Shown: one piece after another, positions 27,326 through 39,698 of the stretch
Numbering within the stretch: the stretch's first letter is position 1
Layout of the letters: each line of letters starts with the position of its first letter
Source of the DNA: Macrostomum hystrix
Lineage: Eukaryota > Animalia > Platyhelminthes
Direction of reading: 5' to 3'
Length of the DNA stretch: 64,000 nucleotides
Assembly: GCA_950097015.1 (NCBI GenBank)
Contig: CATNEN010000038.1
Location: forward strand, 31,682,001-31,746,000
Translations under genes and position numbers: made by a program
Notes under the pieces: generated by a model
Seen by the model: the letters and a program-made list of their open reading frames with translations, nothing else
Database searches by the model: none
What the model was told of the DNA's origin: nothing

Positions 27326-29469
27326 AGAGGAAGTGAGCTCTGGGAAGAAAAATAGACCCGGTTCTATTTGGCATTGCTAATGAGTGTGACGGCCACATCT
27401 CGGAAATGACTCAGTGCTGTCTGTGGTCATAAATTCAAACAACTATAAGCTGGCGAGCTTTCGTGCTCCATTTCTGACGAAATTCTGGGATTCCCAGACA
27501 GGCTCATAAAACTTTATAGAGAATGACCGTTTTGGAAGACCCAAATTTATATCTGTGTGCCTTTTCGGTGTTTTTGGCACTTCCACATATTTGCATGTCC
27601 ATATTTGCATGCGATTTTGTCTAATCAAGGTACCAGATTTTTTTATGTGAGTATGCGAAAATCACTACATTACTGACTCTGGTTAGGTTAGTAGGTTTCT
27701 GGTGGGTGAGTAGGTTTGTGGTGGGGTGAGTAGGTTTGTGGTGTGGTGAGTAGGTTTGTGGTGGGGTGAGTAGGTTTGTGGTGTGGTGAGTAGGTTTGTG
27801 GTGGGGTGAGTAGGTTTGTAAGTAGGTTTGTGGTGGGGTGAGTAGGTTTGTGGTGGGGTGAGTAGGTTTGTGGTGGGGTGAGTAGGTTTGTGGTGGGGTG
27901 AGTAGGTTTGTGGTTGGGTGAGTAGGTTTGTAAGAAGGTTTGTGGTGGGGTGAGTAGGTTTGTGGTGGGGTGAGTAGGTTTGTGGTGTGGTGAGTAGGTT
28001 TGTGGTGGGGTGAGTAGGTTTGTAAGAAGGTTTGTGGTGGGGTGAGTAGGTTTGTGGTGGGGTGAGTAGGTTTGTGGTGGGGTGAGTAGGTTTGTGGTGG
28101 GGTGAGTAGGTTTGTGGTGTGGTGAGTAGGTTTGTGGTGGGGTGAGTAGGTTTGTGGTGGGGTGAGTAGGCTTGTGGTGGGGTGAGTAGGTTTCTGGTGG
28201 GTGAGTAGGTTTGTGGTGGGGTGAGTAGGTTTCTGGTGGGTGAGTAGGTTTGTGGTGGGTGAGTAGGTTTCTGGTGGGTGAGTAGGTTTGTGGTGGGTAA
28301 GTAGGTTTCTGGTGGGTGAGTAGGTTTGTGGTGGGGTGAGTAGGCTTGTGGTGGGGTGAGTAGGTTTGTGGTGTGGTGAGTAGGTTTGTGGTGGGGTGAG
28401 TAGGTTTGTGGTGTGGTGAGTAGGTTTGTGGTGTGGTGAGTAGGTTTCTGGTGGGGTGAGTAGGTTTGTGGTGGGGTGAGTAGGTTTGTGGTGGGGTGAG
28501 TAGGTTTGTGGTGGGGTGAGTAGGTTTGTTAGTAGGTTTGCGGTGGAACAGTTAGATTTCAGAGAATGGCTGCTGGTAGCGAGACAGATAATTAGTTTGT
28601 GAGAGAAAGGTAGATTTGCTGAGACAAAAAAGATAAAATATTGATTCGGCCAAACCCCAAGGCCAATACTTTCATGATAATGAAATAAAGTTGAGCCGCG
28701 CTATTGAATATGTAACCCCAAAGGAATGTATCGAATCATTCTGCGGGGTACAAAAGTTGTGCTTGTCACGCAAATTTCATTTAATTGAACGCAGATCAGG
28801 GACGAAATTGAAATGGGACATCTGGGGTATTCGATTCGCGATATGTTAGTACTTTGCCTCTCTTTCAAACAGCTGGCTGAGGGAATCGTTTTTTTGGGGG
28901 GGGGGAATTTCCCTCGCCCCTTCGCCATTTCTATCTCTCCTGTCCCCTCCATTCGACTGGCGATTTGGGAATCGTGTTTCAAAACCAGTTTCAAAGATCG
29001 AAGCTAGCTAGGAGAGCAGATCGAGACAGACACTCAGACAGGAGCGGATTGGGATGGGAGAGATGGGAACAGAACAGTTTGAGCTTTCATCGATTCTGCC
29101 GCAGACGGTTCCGAGCGGCGAGAGAGAGGGAGAGAGAGGGAGAGAGAGGGAGAGAGAGGGAGAGAGAGAGGGAGAGAGAGAGAGCAACTTTCGATCATTC
29201 CGAATTCCAAGCAGCATACACTGGCGGTGCCACTTTTCGCTCTTCTGTCTGCTCAAAAACCAGCCCCCAAAACGGCCAGCGGCTCAACCCACTGAGCAGC
29301 CTTCAACCTCTATTAGTACAAAGCAGGGGAGGTCCGCGAGAGGGAGCAGTTCGGGGGGAGAGGGAAAACAGTTTGTGGGACTGCCGGCATCCACTTACTG
29401 GCAGCGCTGAGGGACTGGGTGCTCTCAACGAGGCGAATGAAGCCGACTTCTTGTAGGCTGCCGACACTG

Positions 29470-29503
<34 letters not shown>

Positions 29504-32500
29504 ATAGCTAGACAAGGAAGTCTGAAGCGAGAATCGAGGAAAAACATTTTTTCGACAGAAAGTCATCGAGCGAATGGGCTGGGAATTTAGGGATTTTCAG
29601 GGATCAACATGATGAATAGGCAAACTATTTTAGTTTTAACATTAAACCCTTTATCTAAGCGAATGAACGCTACTGCTAATAGATCTAACTCGGTGTCTCA
29701 AACATTATACACTTTTTGTTGTATAGTTACTGTTCAGACGAGTATCTATTTGACTTTCGATTAAATAGCAGAGCTACGGTAAACAAACTGCTCGTAAACT
29801 GTTACAACTTGGAAATAGAAAACGATACATTCTCTTGTCTCTCATCTCTCCACTCTTTTCTCTCTTTTCTCTCCTCTCTTGTCTCTCATCTCTCCTCTCT
29901 TTATCTCATCTCTCTCCTCTCTTTTCTCTCATCTCTTGTCTCTCATCTCTTGTCTCTCATCTCTCCACTCTTGTCTCTCATCTCTCCTCTCTTTATCTCA
30001 TCTCTTGTCTCTCATCTCTCCTCTCTTGTCTCTCATCTCTCCTCTCTTTATCTCATCTCTTGTCTCTCATCTCTCCTCTCTTGTCTCTCATCTCTCCTCT
30101 CTTTATCTCATCTCTTGTCTCTCATCTCTCCTCTCTTGTCTCTCATCTCTCCTCTCTTTATCTCATCTCTCTCCTCTCTTTTCTCTCATCTCTTGTCTCT
30201 CATCTCTCCTCTCTTGTCTCTCATCTCTCCTCTCTTGTCTCTCATCTCTCCTCTCTTTTCTCTCATCTCTCCTCTCTTGTCTCTCATCTCTCCTCTCTTT
30301 TCTCTCATCTCTCCACTCTTGTCTCTCATCTCTCTCCTCTCTTTATCTCATCTCTCTCCTCTCTTGTCTCTCATCTCTCTCCTCTCTTTTCTCTCATCTC
30401 TCCACTCTTTTCTCTCATCTCTCCACTCTTTTCTCTCATCTCTCCACTCTTGTCTCTCATCTCTCTCCTCTCTTTATCTCATCTCTCTCCTCTCTTTTCT
30501 CTCATCTCTCTCCTCTCTTTTCTCTCATCTCTCTCCTCTCTTGTCTCTCATCTCTCCACTCTTTTCTCTCATCTCTCTCCTCTCTTGTCTCTCATCTCTC
30601 CACTCTTTTCTCTCATCTCTCCACTCTTTTCTCTCATCTCTCCACTCTTTTCTCTCATCTCTCCACTCTTTTCTCTCATCTCTCCACTCTTTTCTCTCAT
30701 CTCTCCACTCTTTTCTCTCCTCTCTTCTCTCTTTTCTCTCCTCTCTTCTCTCTCATATCTTCTCGCTTCTCTCTCCTCTCTTCTCTCTTGTCTCTCATCT
30801 CTCTTCTCTCTTCTCTTTCTCTCATCTCTCCTCTCTCATCTCTCCTCTCTTGTCTTTCCTTTCTCCTCTATAATCTTTCATCTCTTCTCTCTTTTCTCAC
30901 ATCTCTTTTTTTCTTCTCTCTCCTCTCTCTCTTCTCTATTAACTCCTCTCTACCCCAGTCACCTCACTCCAGTTTTCTCCTTTCTCCCCGCCTTGTTCCT
31001 AACTGAAAACTTAAACAGTAATTTTCAATTTCGTTGTTTCTTTAACTTTCATTCTTCCGACTGCCTCGATAGTCACTGCCATCAGGATAAGGCAAGTCCC
31101 AGGAGGCTTCTAATTTTAAGGACCATCCTTTCTTGAACGCACCGGGTAGCAGCAGTCGCGAAATCTTCTGGCGTCAATTGGCGACGTGAAATTCAGGCCC
31201 CAGTCACAGTTCTGAGCAAGGTCCTTCCAGTGCACGAAGCACTCATTGGCTTGGTAGACTGGGGTTCCTGCTCATGAGAATGCGAATGAGAATGCGAATG
31301 AGAATGCGAATGAGAATGAGAATGCGAATGAGAATGCGAATGAGAATGAGAATGCGAATGGGAATGCGAATGAGAATGCGAATGCGAATGAGAATGAGAA
31401 TGCGAATGAGAATGGGAATGCGAATGAGAATGAGAATGCGAATGAGAATGGGAATGCGAATGAGAATGCGAATGCGAATGAGAATGAGAATGCGAATGAG
31501 AATGAGAATGGGAATGCGAATGAGAATGAGAATGCGAATGAGAATGCGAATGAGAATGAGAATGAGAATGCGAATGAGAATGAGAATGCGAATGAGAATG
31601 CGAATGAGAATGAGAATGAGAATGAGAATGAGTATGAGAATGAGTATGAGAATGAGAATGAGAATGAGAATGAGAATGAGTATGAGAATAAGAATGAGAA
31701 TGAGAATGAGAATGAGAATGAGAATGAGAATGAGAATGAGAATGAGAATGCGAATGAGAATGAGGATCAGAATGAGACCTCACCCGGGTAGCTCACGGTC
31801 GCCTCAAACAGTTTCAACGCGTTTCGGCTGTAAGCAGTGACCTGGTACACCCTGGTCGGACCCTCGCTCAGGCAGGTGATGTTGATGGGCACAACGTCAT
31901 CAGAGACCCGTTCCCAGCCAAGCTCATTGTCCTGAACTCGGAACACTTCAGCCCACAGCCTGCGGATGGTTGTTTTGAGATCTTCAGTTACAGATCTTCA
32001 GTTACAGATCTTCAGTTACAGATCTTCAGTTACAGATCTTCAGTTACAGAACTTCAATTACAGATCTTCAGTTACAGAACTTCAGTTGGAGAACTTCAGT
32101 TGACAAAGCTTGGGTGAAAACACTGGTATGTACTTTAAATTTATGTATTGAAATAAGTGCCTTCCTTATCGCCCTCATAACTGTAAACCAATGAGGATGT
32201 GAAGAAAATATAAAGAAAAGTGCTGCATTCTGTATAGCATATAAATACTATTCATAGTCTATCTCTATCTCTCTGTGACTTTCTCTTTAGCCTTCCGCAG
32301 GCGCTCAGTGTCACTATGCATGAGGTCTGGTGTTTATTAAGTCCCAAAAATTCTTAGCAACTGCGTAGGAAATGCCTACGATGCCTGCGGAATATATTGA
32401 ATTGGCTGGAAAATTATCCCAAGCATAGGGATTAGGGTCAGGATTTAGTAACTGTCAGCTCCTAAAAATGGGCAGAAATATTTGCATAAGTATTTACTGT

Positions 32501-33625
32501 GCTTATATTTTGTAGCTGTGCACAATGATTATGGTATTCAGTATTTAGGTCATAGGATTCTGTGTTTAGGTCATGGGGTTCAGTATTTAGGTCATAGGAT
32601 TCTGTGTTTAGGTCATAGGGTTCAGTATTTAGGTCATAGGATTCTGTGTTTAGGTCATGGGGTTCAGTATTTAGGTCATAGGATTCTGTGTTTAGGTCAT
32701 GGGGTTCAGTATTTAGGTCATAGGATTCTGTGTTTAGGTCATGGGGTTCAGTATTTAGGTCATAGGATTCTGTGTTTAGGTCATGGGATTCTGTATTTAG
32801 GTCATGGGATTTTGTATTTAGGTCATGGGATTCTATATTTAGGTAATTGGGATTCTGTGTTTATGTCATGGGATTCTGTATTTAGGTCATGGGATTTTGT
32901 ATTTAGGTCATGGGATTCTATATTTAGGTAATTGAGATTCTGTGTTTAGGTCATGGGGTTTAGTATTTTGGTCATGGGATTCTGTATTTAGGTCATAGGA
33001 TTCTGTATTTAAGTCACTGGAATTCTGTATTTAGGTCATAGGATTCTGTGTTTAGGTCATGGGGTTTAGTATTTAGGTCATGGGATTCTGTATTTAGTAC
33101 ATGGGATTCTGTATTTAGGTCATGGGATTCTGTATTTAGGTCATGGGATTCTGTATTTAAGTCACTGGAATTCTGTATTTTGGTCATGGGGTTTAGTATT
33201 TAGGTCATGGGATTCTATATTTAGGTAATTGAGATTCTGTGTTTAGGTCATGGGGTTTAGTATTTTGGTCATGGGATTCTGTATTTAGGTCATGGGATTC
33301 TGTATTTAGGTCATGGGATTCTGTATTTAGGTCATGGGATTCTGTATTTAGGTCATGGGATTCTGTATTTAGGTCATGGGATTTTGTATTTAGGTCATGG
33401 GATTCTGTATTTAGTACATGGGATTCTGTAATCGATCAACCTGAGCAGGTGGGTATCCTTCTTAGGCGCCCATCCGCTGGTGGACTCGCCAGCTGACAGG
33501 ATCGTCACGACCCCGGCTCTGCCGCTACCGCCGGCGCCGTCGCCACTTAAAAACCGTCGACCACCGTTGGCGGAGCTCGCCGCTAGAGCCTGCTGAGCCT
33601 CACTGCCGCAGATATTGTTGCCCAT
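10802..33625 (-). CDS. sif: Still life / Tiam1-family Rac guanine nucleotide exchange factor, long (type-1-like) isoform: MGN myristoylation signal, EVH1, PH, coiled region, RBD, PDZ, DH, PH
   Basis: Exons (minus): 33625-33441 ([15 protein letters not shown]), 31959-31784 ([21 protein letters not shown]), 31267-31143 ([26 protein letters not shown]), [unresolved], ~25277-24869, 22552-22449, 21339-21099, 19272-19007 and 18439-18198 (PH: [35 protein letters not shown]), 17939-17757, 17678-17151, 16512-16348 (RBD), 16098-15613 (PDZ), 15370-15020 ([10 protein letters not shown]), 14453-14345, 14250-14026 (PVQRIAKYP), 13575-13451 (HVNE), 12891-12709, 12300-12128, 11156-10802 ([18 protein letters not shown]). 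Phase is not resolved across 31143-25277 or 22449-21339. Confidence 0.9.
11341..11680 (+). mobile_element. SINE family A (tRNA-like head), full-length copy in the last sif intron
   Basis: A-box TGGCAGAGCG, B-box-like AGCTCGATTCC, a body shared with the other copies, a 3' hairpin region and an AT-rich tail. Confidence 0.85.
12331..12592. repeat. 17-bp minisatellite (CTGTTAGAYACGATGAA)n
   Basis: Seen directly. Confidence 0.95.
13085..13410. repeat. Degenerate 12-bp array (TCTCCTCAGGTA)n
   Basis: Seen directly. Confidence 0.85.
13601..13968. repeat. Near-perfect 16-bp minisatellite (GAGTGCGGAAGTACTT)n
   Basis: Seen directly. Confidence 0.95.
14633..14980 (-). mobile_element. SINE family A copy, possible 7-bp TSD TATTACA
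   Basis: Reverse complement of the family A consensus, with a (TAA)n tail at the left end. TATTACA occurs at 14626-14632 and 14984-14990. Confidence 0.85.
15445..15612. repeat. ~63-bp unit, ~2.7 copies, includes the splice donor
   Basis: CCCTCCGCTCCACTCCTGCGTAC-type segment at 15465, 15528 and 15590. Confidence 0.9.
16122..16332. repeat. 20-bp minisatellite (TGAGTGAATCCCAATGAACC)n
   Basis: Seen directly. Confidence 0.95.
16655..17035. repeat. 68-bp tandem repeat, ~5.6 copies
   Basis: GTCTGATTTTGGGGTTCTATGGTCGCTGACGAGTGTACATTTGTGCTTCACTCTATCTTGTTTTCTGC starting at 16655, 16723, and so on. Confidence 0.95.
18600..18975. repeat. 33-bp minisatellite
   Basis: TCTGCCTGACGTTAATCTACTGAAGGTGTGTCT units. 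Confidence 0.95.
19298..21055. repeat. 32-38-bp minisatellite (GAGTAGAGGTGAGGTCTCAGACATCAGTGGTT[GTA])n
   Basis: Seen directly. Confidence 0.95.
22120..22305 (+). mobile_element. SINE family B (CORE-SINE-like) copy
   Basis: B-box GGGTTCGATTCCC, CORE-like TTGCTTCAGTTCACCCTGCTGTCAAATAGG, palindrome CAGTCCATGGACTG, (TAA)n tail. Confidence 0.72.
22784..24815. repeat. 24-bp minisatellite (CAGTATCCTGAGGTGAGGAGGGTT)n
   Basis: Seen directly. Confidence 0.95.
25600..25880. repeat. ~17-bp array (CTCCGGGTTTTTAGTTT)n
   Basis: Seen directly. Confidence 0.9.
26870..27110. repeat. 20-bp array (CACAAACCTACTCACCCCAC)n
   Basis: Reverse complement of the array at 27690-28545. Confidence 0.9.
27690..28545. 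repeat. 20-bp array (GTGGGGTGAGTAGGTTTGTG)n
   Basis: Seen directly. Confidence 0.95.
29835..30930. repeat. CT-rich ~21-bp minisatellite / low-complexity tract
   Basis: TCTCTCATCTCTCCTCTCTTG units. Confidence 0.93.
31143..33625 (-). CDS. sif: N-terminal myristoylation + EVH1 exons of the sif-like GEF (mostly missed by the ORF track)
   Basis: Three phase-consistent exons: 33625-33441, 31959-31784, 31267-31143. The translation matches the Still life type-1 EVH1 pattern ([35 protein letters not shown]). Confidence 0.88.
31274..31777. repeat. Hexamer microsatellite (GAGAAT/GCGAAT)n filling sif intron 2
   Basis: Seen directly. Confidence 0.97.
31979..32101. repeat. 14-bp array (GATCTTCAGTTACA)n
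   Basis: Seen directly. Confidence 0.9.
32530..33430. repeat. 21-bp minisatellite (TATTTAGGTCATGGGATTCTG)n
   Basis: Seen directly. Confidence 0.95.
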
Positions 33626-33649
33626 GACTTACGGCCAGCTGGGGGAGGG

Positions 33650-34002
33650 TGAGAATGAGAATGAGAATGAGAATAAGAATGAGAATGAGAATAAGAATGA
33701 GAATGAGAGTGAGTATGAGTATGAAACTGAGAAAAAAATTGAGAATGAAAAGGAGAATAAAAATGAGAATGAGAATGAGAATGAGAATGAGAACGAGAAT
33801 GAATATGAGAATGGGAATGAGAATAAGAATGAGAATGAGAATGAGAATGAGAATGAGAATGAGAATGAGAATGAGAATGAGAATGAGTATGAGAATGAGT
33901 ATGAGAATGAGAATGAGAATGAGAATGAGAATGAGTATGAGAATAAGAATGAGAATGAGAATGAGAATGAGTATGAGAATAAGAATGAGAATGAGAATGA
34001 GA
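33650..34002. repeat. Hexamer microsatellite (GAGAAT)n just upstream of the sif ATG
   Basis: Seen directly. Confidence 0.95.
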
Positions 34003-34877
34003 AAGCTGATAAAATTAAGTTGAGAAAGAATTTGATTCGGAATGAGATTAAGAATGAAAACTTGTTTGAAAGGCTTAATTTTGTGAAAAAAATAATATCT
34101 TACCAGTCGTACCGTAAAGTTGTTACTAAATTCGTAAAATTTCAAGTATAAGTTAGCTAGAGTTCTTTATTTCAGGTCATGGAGTTCATTTTCTTTCTGA
34201 ATTAATTATTGCTAAACGGTGTGTAAGTCTTTCTTTGGTTTAAAAAATGACTAATCCCTCATTGCACATGTTTAAAAAGCGAAACCCTGGCAGTGCATTG
34301 GCAATGCGGTGCAGAGAGCCAGGACCAATCACAGACTTCTAACGCCCGCCCACCCCAGTCAGACAACCCCAAGTTCGCTTTCACAGTCAATTTTTGTCTT
34401 TACACTCGCACACTATGTACAGTCGCAAAAATACCAGCAGCAGAAAGTCTTTTCGATTTCTCTTTTATGCTTGAAAATATTTGGGGGGAGGAGACAGCTA
34501 ACCCTCTTCCCAGCAACTGCACCCGTTCCCAACAGCAAAATCCATTTCCCTGTCCTGTCCTGTCTTCTCTTCCCTTATCCTTATGTCCTCTTGTGTTCCT
34601 CCAATATTTTGCTTAACTTCTAAAACCCGTGATCTAGCTCCCAATGTGGCCATGGTGTCATACATAGTGTTATATACTCTTAGTATTATATGATAGCTAC
34701 ATTTTTTTCTGACTGCTAATAGCTTAGACACTCGAGAATTTGAAAAACTTGAAAACTACTCGTCTGCTTAGAAATATTATTGCTTTCAGTACAGACTAAT
34801 TTGTTAAAATAAGCGGTTGTGCTTTTAAAAGTCGTAATTATTAATATAATGGTTTTTTACCACTTCCATAACGGAAT

Positions 34878-36742
34878 GTGAGTGAATACTAGAGTGACGG
34901 TGAGAGTGACTGCTAGAGTGACTATGAGAGTGACTGCTAGAGTGACTGTGAGAGTGAATTCTAGAGTGACTATGAGAGTGACTGCTAGAGTGACTATGAG
35001 AGTGACTGCTAGAGTGACTGTGAGAGTGAATTCTAGAGTGATTGTGAGAGTGAATTCTAGAGTGACTGTGAGAGTGAATTCTAGAGTGACTGTGAGAGTG
35101 AATACTAGAGTGATTGTGAGAGTGAATTCTAGAGTGACTGTGAGAGTGAATACTAGAGTGACTGTGAGAGTGAATGCTAGAGTAACTGTGAGAGTGAATA
35201 CTAGAGTGACAGTGAGAGTGACTACTAGGGTGACTGTGAGAGTGAATACTAGAGTGACTGTGAGAATGAATACTAGAGTGACTGTGAGAGTGAATTCTAG
35301 AGTGACTGTGAGAGTGAATGCTAGAGTGACTGTGAGAGTGAATACTAGAGTGAGAGTATTCTAGAGTGACTAGAGTGACTGTGAGAGTGAATTCTAGAGT
35401 GACTGTGAGAGTGAATACTAGTGTGACTGTGAGAGTGAATGCTAGAGTGACTGTGAGAGTGAATACTAGGGTGAGAGTATTCTAGAGTGACTAGAGTGAC
35501 TGTGAGAGTGAATTCTAGAGTGACTGTGAGAGTGAATACTAGAGTGACTGTGAGAGTGAATTCTAGAGTGACTGTGAGAGTGAATTCTAGAGTGATTGTG
35601 AGAGTGAATTCTAGAGTGACTGTGAGAGTGAATTCTAGAGTGACTGTGAGAGTGAATACTAGAGTGATTGTGAGAGTGAATTCTAGAGTGACTGTGAGAG
35701 TGAATACTAGAGTGACTGTGAGAGTGAATGCTAGAGTAACTGTGAGAGTGAATACTAGAGTGACAGTGAGAGTGACTACTAGGGTGACTGTGAGAGTGAA
35801 TACTAGAGTGACTGTGAGAGTGAATACTAGAGTGACTGTGAGAGTGAATTCTAGAGTGACTGTGAGAGTGAATACTAGAGTGACTGTGAGATTGAATTCT
35901 AGAGTGTCTGTGAGAGTGAATACTAGAGTGACTGTGAGAGTGAATGCTAGAGTGACTGTGAGAGTGAATACTAGGGTGACTGTGAGAGTGAATACTAGGG
36001 TGACTGTGAGAGTGAATACTAGAGTGACTGTGAGAGTGAATGCTAGAGTGACTGTGAGAGTGAATACTAGGGTGACTGTGAGAGTGAATACTAGGGTGAC
36101 TGTGAGAGTGAATACTAGGGTGACTGTGAGAGTGAATACTAGGGTGAGAGTATTCTAGAGTGACTAGAGTGACTGTGAGAGTGAATTCTAGAGTGACTGT
36201 GAGAGTGAATTCTAGAGTGACTGTGGGAGTGAATACTAGAGTGACTGTGAGAGTGAATTCTAGAGTGACTGTGAGAGTGAATTCTAGAGTGACTGTGAGA
36301 GTGAATACTAGAGTGACTGTGAGAGTGAATACTAGGGTGACTGTGAGAGTGAATACTAGAGTGACTGTGAGAGTGAATACTAGAGTGAGAGTATTCTAGA
36401 GTGACTGTGAGAGTGAATTCTAGAGTGACTGTGAGAGTGAATTCTAGAGTGACTGTGGGAGTGAATTCTAGAGGTACTGTGAGAGTGAATACTAGAGTGA
36501 CTGTGAGAGTGAATACTAGGGTGACTGTGAGAGTGAATACTAGAGTGAGAGTATTCTAGAGTGACTGTGAGAGTGAATTCTAGAGTGACTGTGAGAGTGA
36601 ATACTAGAGTGACTGTGAGAGTGAATTCTAGAGTGACTGTGAGAGTGAATACTAGAGTGACAGTGAGAGTGAATACTAGAGTGACTGTGAGAGTGAATTC
36701 TAGAGTGACTGTGAGAGTGAATTCTAGAGTGACTATGAGAGT
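34878..36742. repeat. 24-bp minisatellite (GAGAGTGAATWCTAGAGTGACTGT)n
   Basis: Seen directly. Confidence 0.95.
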
Positions 36743-37419
36743 AAATCTTTATAATTAAGATATTGCGCAAGTGATATCAGATGAAATACAAAATAAAGTT
36801 AGCTTAGATCAACTATGATTAACACTTATCATTGCGAGACAAATGTAAATACGAATCCAGTGAGCACAACTCAGAACCTACGAGAACTCGTATGAGTACT
36901 AGCGGCATCTTATCTAATGAAGTCTTTCAGAATCAGGCAGCCAGAAACCAGGTTGCTGAGGGCTTGTGTGCTTAAGCCTAATTGAGTCCAGCCAGATAGC
37001 TGATCAGTCAGCTGACACAGACTGGCCAAATCGATTGACCTACTGAGGCAGTTAACTTTACTCGGCCTATCAGACTTAATTCTAAATTCGAGCGGTTCAA
37101 TATCAGTAATTGAAGAGCTGCCTATGACTTGGGGCAGTGAGATTTTTACAAATAATTTAAGATTTGCGATTTCAAGCGAGACAAGTTCGTAAAATGCTAT
37201 AAATACACGTGAGATTTGGGATGCCCCGAAATGGGATAAATTTGTAGTGATGAGATTAAAGCCTTTAAAACTGTATTAAGGCTAGCTGCTGATACTACTT
37301 GTGCGAGTAAGTAGTTGCATATATATTCTGAAAATTATCAGAAATTATTCTCAAATTTATTATCTCAGGGCGATTGTGGAATCTGTCCAGAGTTTTGTTG
37401 GGATTTAACAAAACTTTTA

Positions 37420-39420
37420 GTAGGATCTGACTGAAATTGTGGGATCAGACTGAAATTGTGGCATCTGACTGAAATTGTGGGATCTGACTGTAGTTGTGGG
37501 ATCTGACTGAAAATATGGGATCTGACTGAAATTGTGGGATCTGACTGAAATTGTGGGATCTGACTGAAATTGTGGGATCTGACTGTAGTTGTGGGATCTG
37601 ACTGAAATTGTGGGGTCTGACTGAAATTGTGGGATCTGACTGAAATTGTGGCATCTGACTGAAATTGTGGGATCTGACTGTAGTTGTGGGATCTGACTGA
37701 AATTGTGGGATCTGACTGTAGTTGTGGGATCTGACTGAAATTGTGGGATCTGACTAAAATTGTGGGATCTGACTGAAATTGTGGGATCTGACTGAAATTG
37801 TGGGATCTGACTGTAGTTGTGGGATCTGACTAAAATTGTGGGATCCGACTGAAAATATGGGATCTGACTGAAATTGTGGCATCTGACTGAAATTGTGGCA
37901 TCTGACTGAAATTGTGGGATCTGACTGTAGTTGTGGGATCTGACTGAAATTGTGGGATCTGACTGAAAATATGGGATCTGACTGAAATTGTGGCATCTGA
38001 CTGAAATTGTGGGATCTGACTGAAATTGTGGGATCTGACTGTAGTTGTGGGATCTGACTGAAAATATGGGATCTGACTGAAATTGTGGCATCTGACTGAA
38101 ATTGTGGGATCTGACTGAAATTGTGGGATCTGACTGTAGTTGTGGGATCTGACTGAAATTGTGGGATCTGACTGAAATTGTGGGATCTGACTGAAATTGT
38201 GGCATCTGACTGAAATTGTGGGATCTGACTGTAGTTGTGGGATCTGACTGAAATTGTGGGATCTGACTGAAATTGTGGGATCTGACTGAAATTGTGGCAT
38301 CTGACTGTAGTTGTGGGATCTGACTGAAATTGTGGGATCTGACTGAAATTGTGGGATCTGACTGAAATTGTGGGATCTGACTGAAATTGTGGGATCTGAC
38401 TGAAATTGTGGGATCTGACTGAAATTGTGGCATCCGACTGAAATTGTGGGATCTGACTGAAATTGTGGCATCTGACTGAAATTGTGGGATCTGACTGTAG
38501 TTGTGGGATCTGACTGAAATTGTGGGATCTGACTGAAAATATGGGATCTGACTGAAATTGTGGCATCTGACTGAAATTGTGGCATCTGACTGAAATTGTG
38601 GGATCTGACTGTAGTTGTGGGATCTGACTGAAAATATGGGATCTGACTGAAATTGTGGCATCTGACTGAAATTGTGGCATCTGACTGAAATTGTGGGATC
38701 TGACTGTAGTTGTGGGATCTGACTGAAATTGTGGGATCTGACTGAAATTGTGGGATCTGACTGAAATTGTGGCATCTGACTGAAATTGTGGGATCTGACT
38801 GTAGTTGTGGGATCTGACTGAAATTGTGGGATCTGACTGAAATTGTGGGATCTGACTGAAATTGTGGCATCTGACTGTAGTTGTGGGATCTGACTGAAAT
38901 TGTGGGATCTGACTGTAGTTGTGGGATCTGACTGAAATTGTGGGATCTGACTGAAATTGTGGGATCTGACTGAAATTGTGGCATCTGACTGAAATTGTGG
39001 GATCTGACTGTAGTTGTGGGATCTGACTGAAATTGTGGGATCTGACTGAAATTGTGGGATCTGACTGAAATTGTGGCATCTGACTGTAGTTGTGGGATCT
39101 GACTGAAATTGTGGGATCTGACTGAAATTGTGGGATCTGACTGAAATTGTGGGATCTGACTGAAATTGTGGGATCTGACTGAAATTGTGGGATCTGACTG
39201 AAATTGTGGCATCCGACTGAAATTGTGGGATCTGACTGAAATTGTGGGATCTGACTGTAGTTGTGGGATCTGACTGAAATTGTGGGATCTGACTGAAATT
39301 GTGGGATCTGACTGAAATTGTGGGATCTGAATGAAATTGTGGGATCTGACTGAAATTTTGGGATCTGACTGTAGTTGTGGGATCTGACTGTAGTTGTGGG
39401 ATCTGACTGTAGTGGTGATC
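37420..39420. repeat. 19-bp minisatellite (GGGATCTGACTGAAATTGT)n
   Basis: Seen directly. Confidence 0.95.
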
Positions 39421-39698
39421 CAACTATAAGCTTTGAGAATCGGAGTTCAAAATTGGGCATATTTCAGCTAGAAAATGCTTTTTAAGCAAGTTGACAGGAG
39501 CAAGTTTGAGCAATGATAGCAATGACAGGGTAAATATTTTTTGAGTCGTTGAAACGAAGTCCACTTGAGAGTTGAGCTAACTTAAATTTCAAAAAATAAA
39601 TAATTAAGTATGGCTAACGCACGTTCGTATGTACGGGCCATAAATACTTTTGGTTAGCTAGCCAAGTAACTCACTAAACGGAAAAAGAGCAAGCAAGA

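Noticed and set aside
31193-31840. Poly-(His-Ser) or poly-(Met-Arg) protein
   Set aside because: It is a hexamer microsatellite inside a phase-1 intron; the host reading frame hits TGA immediately.
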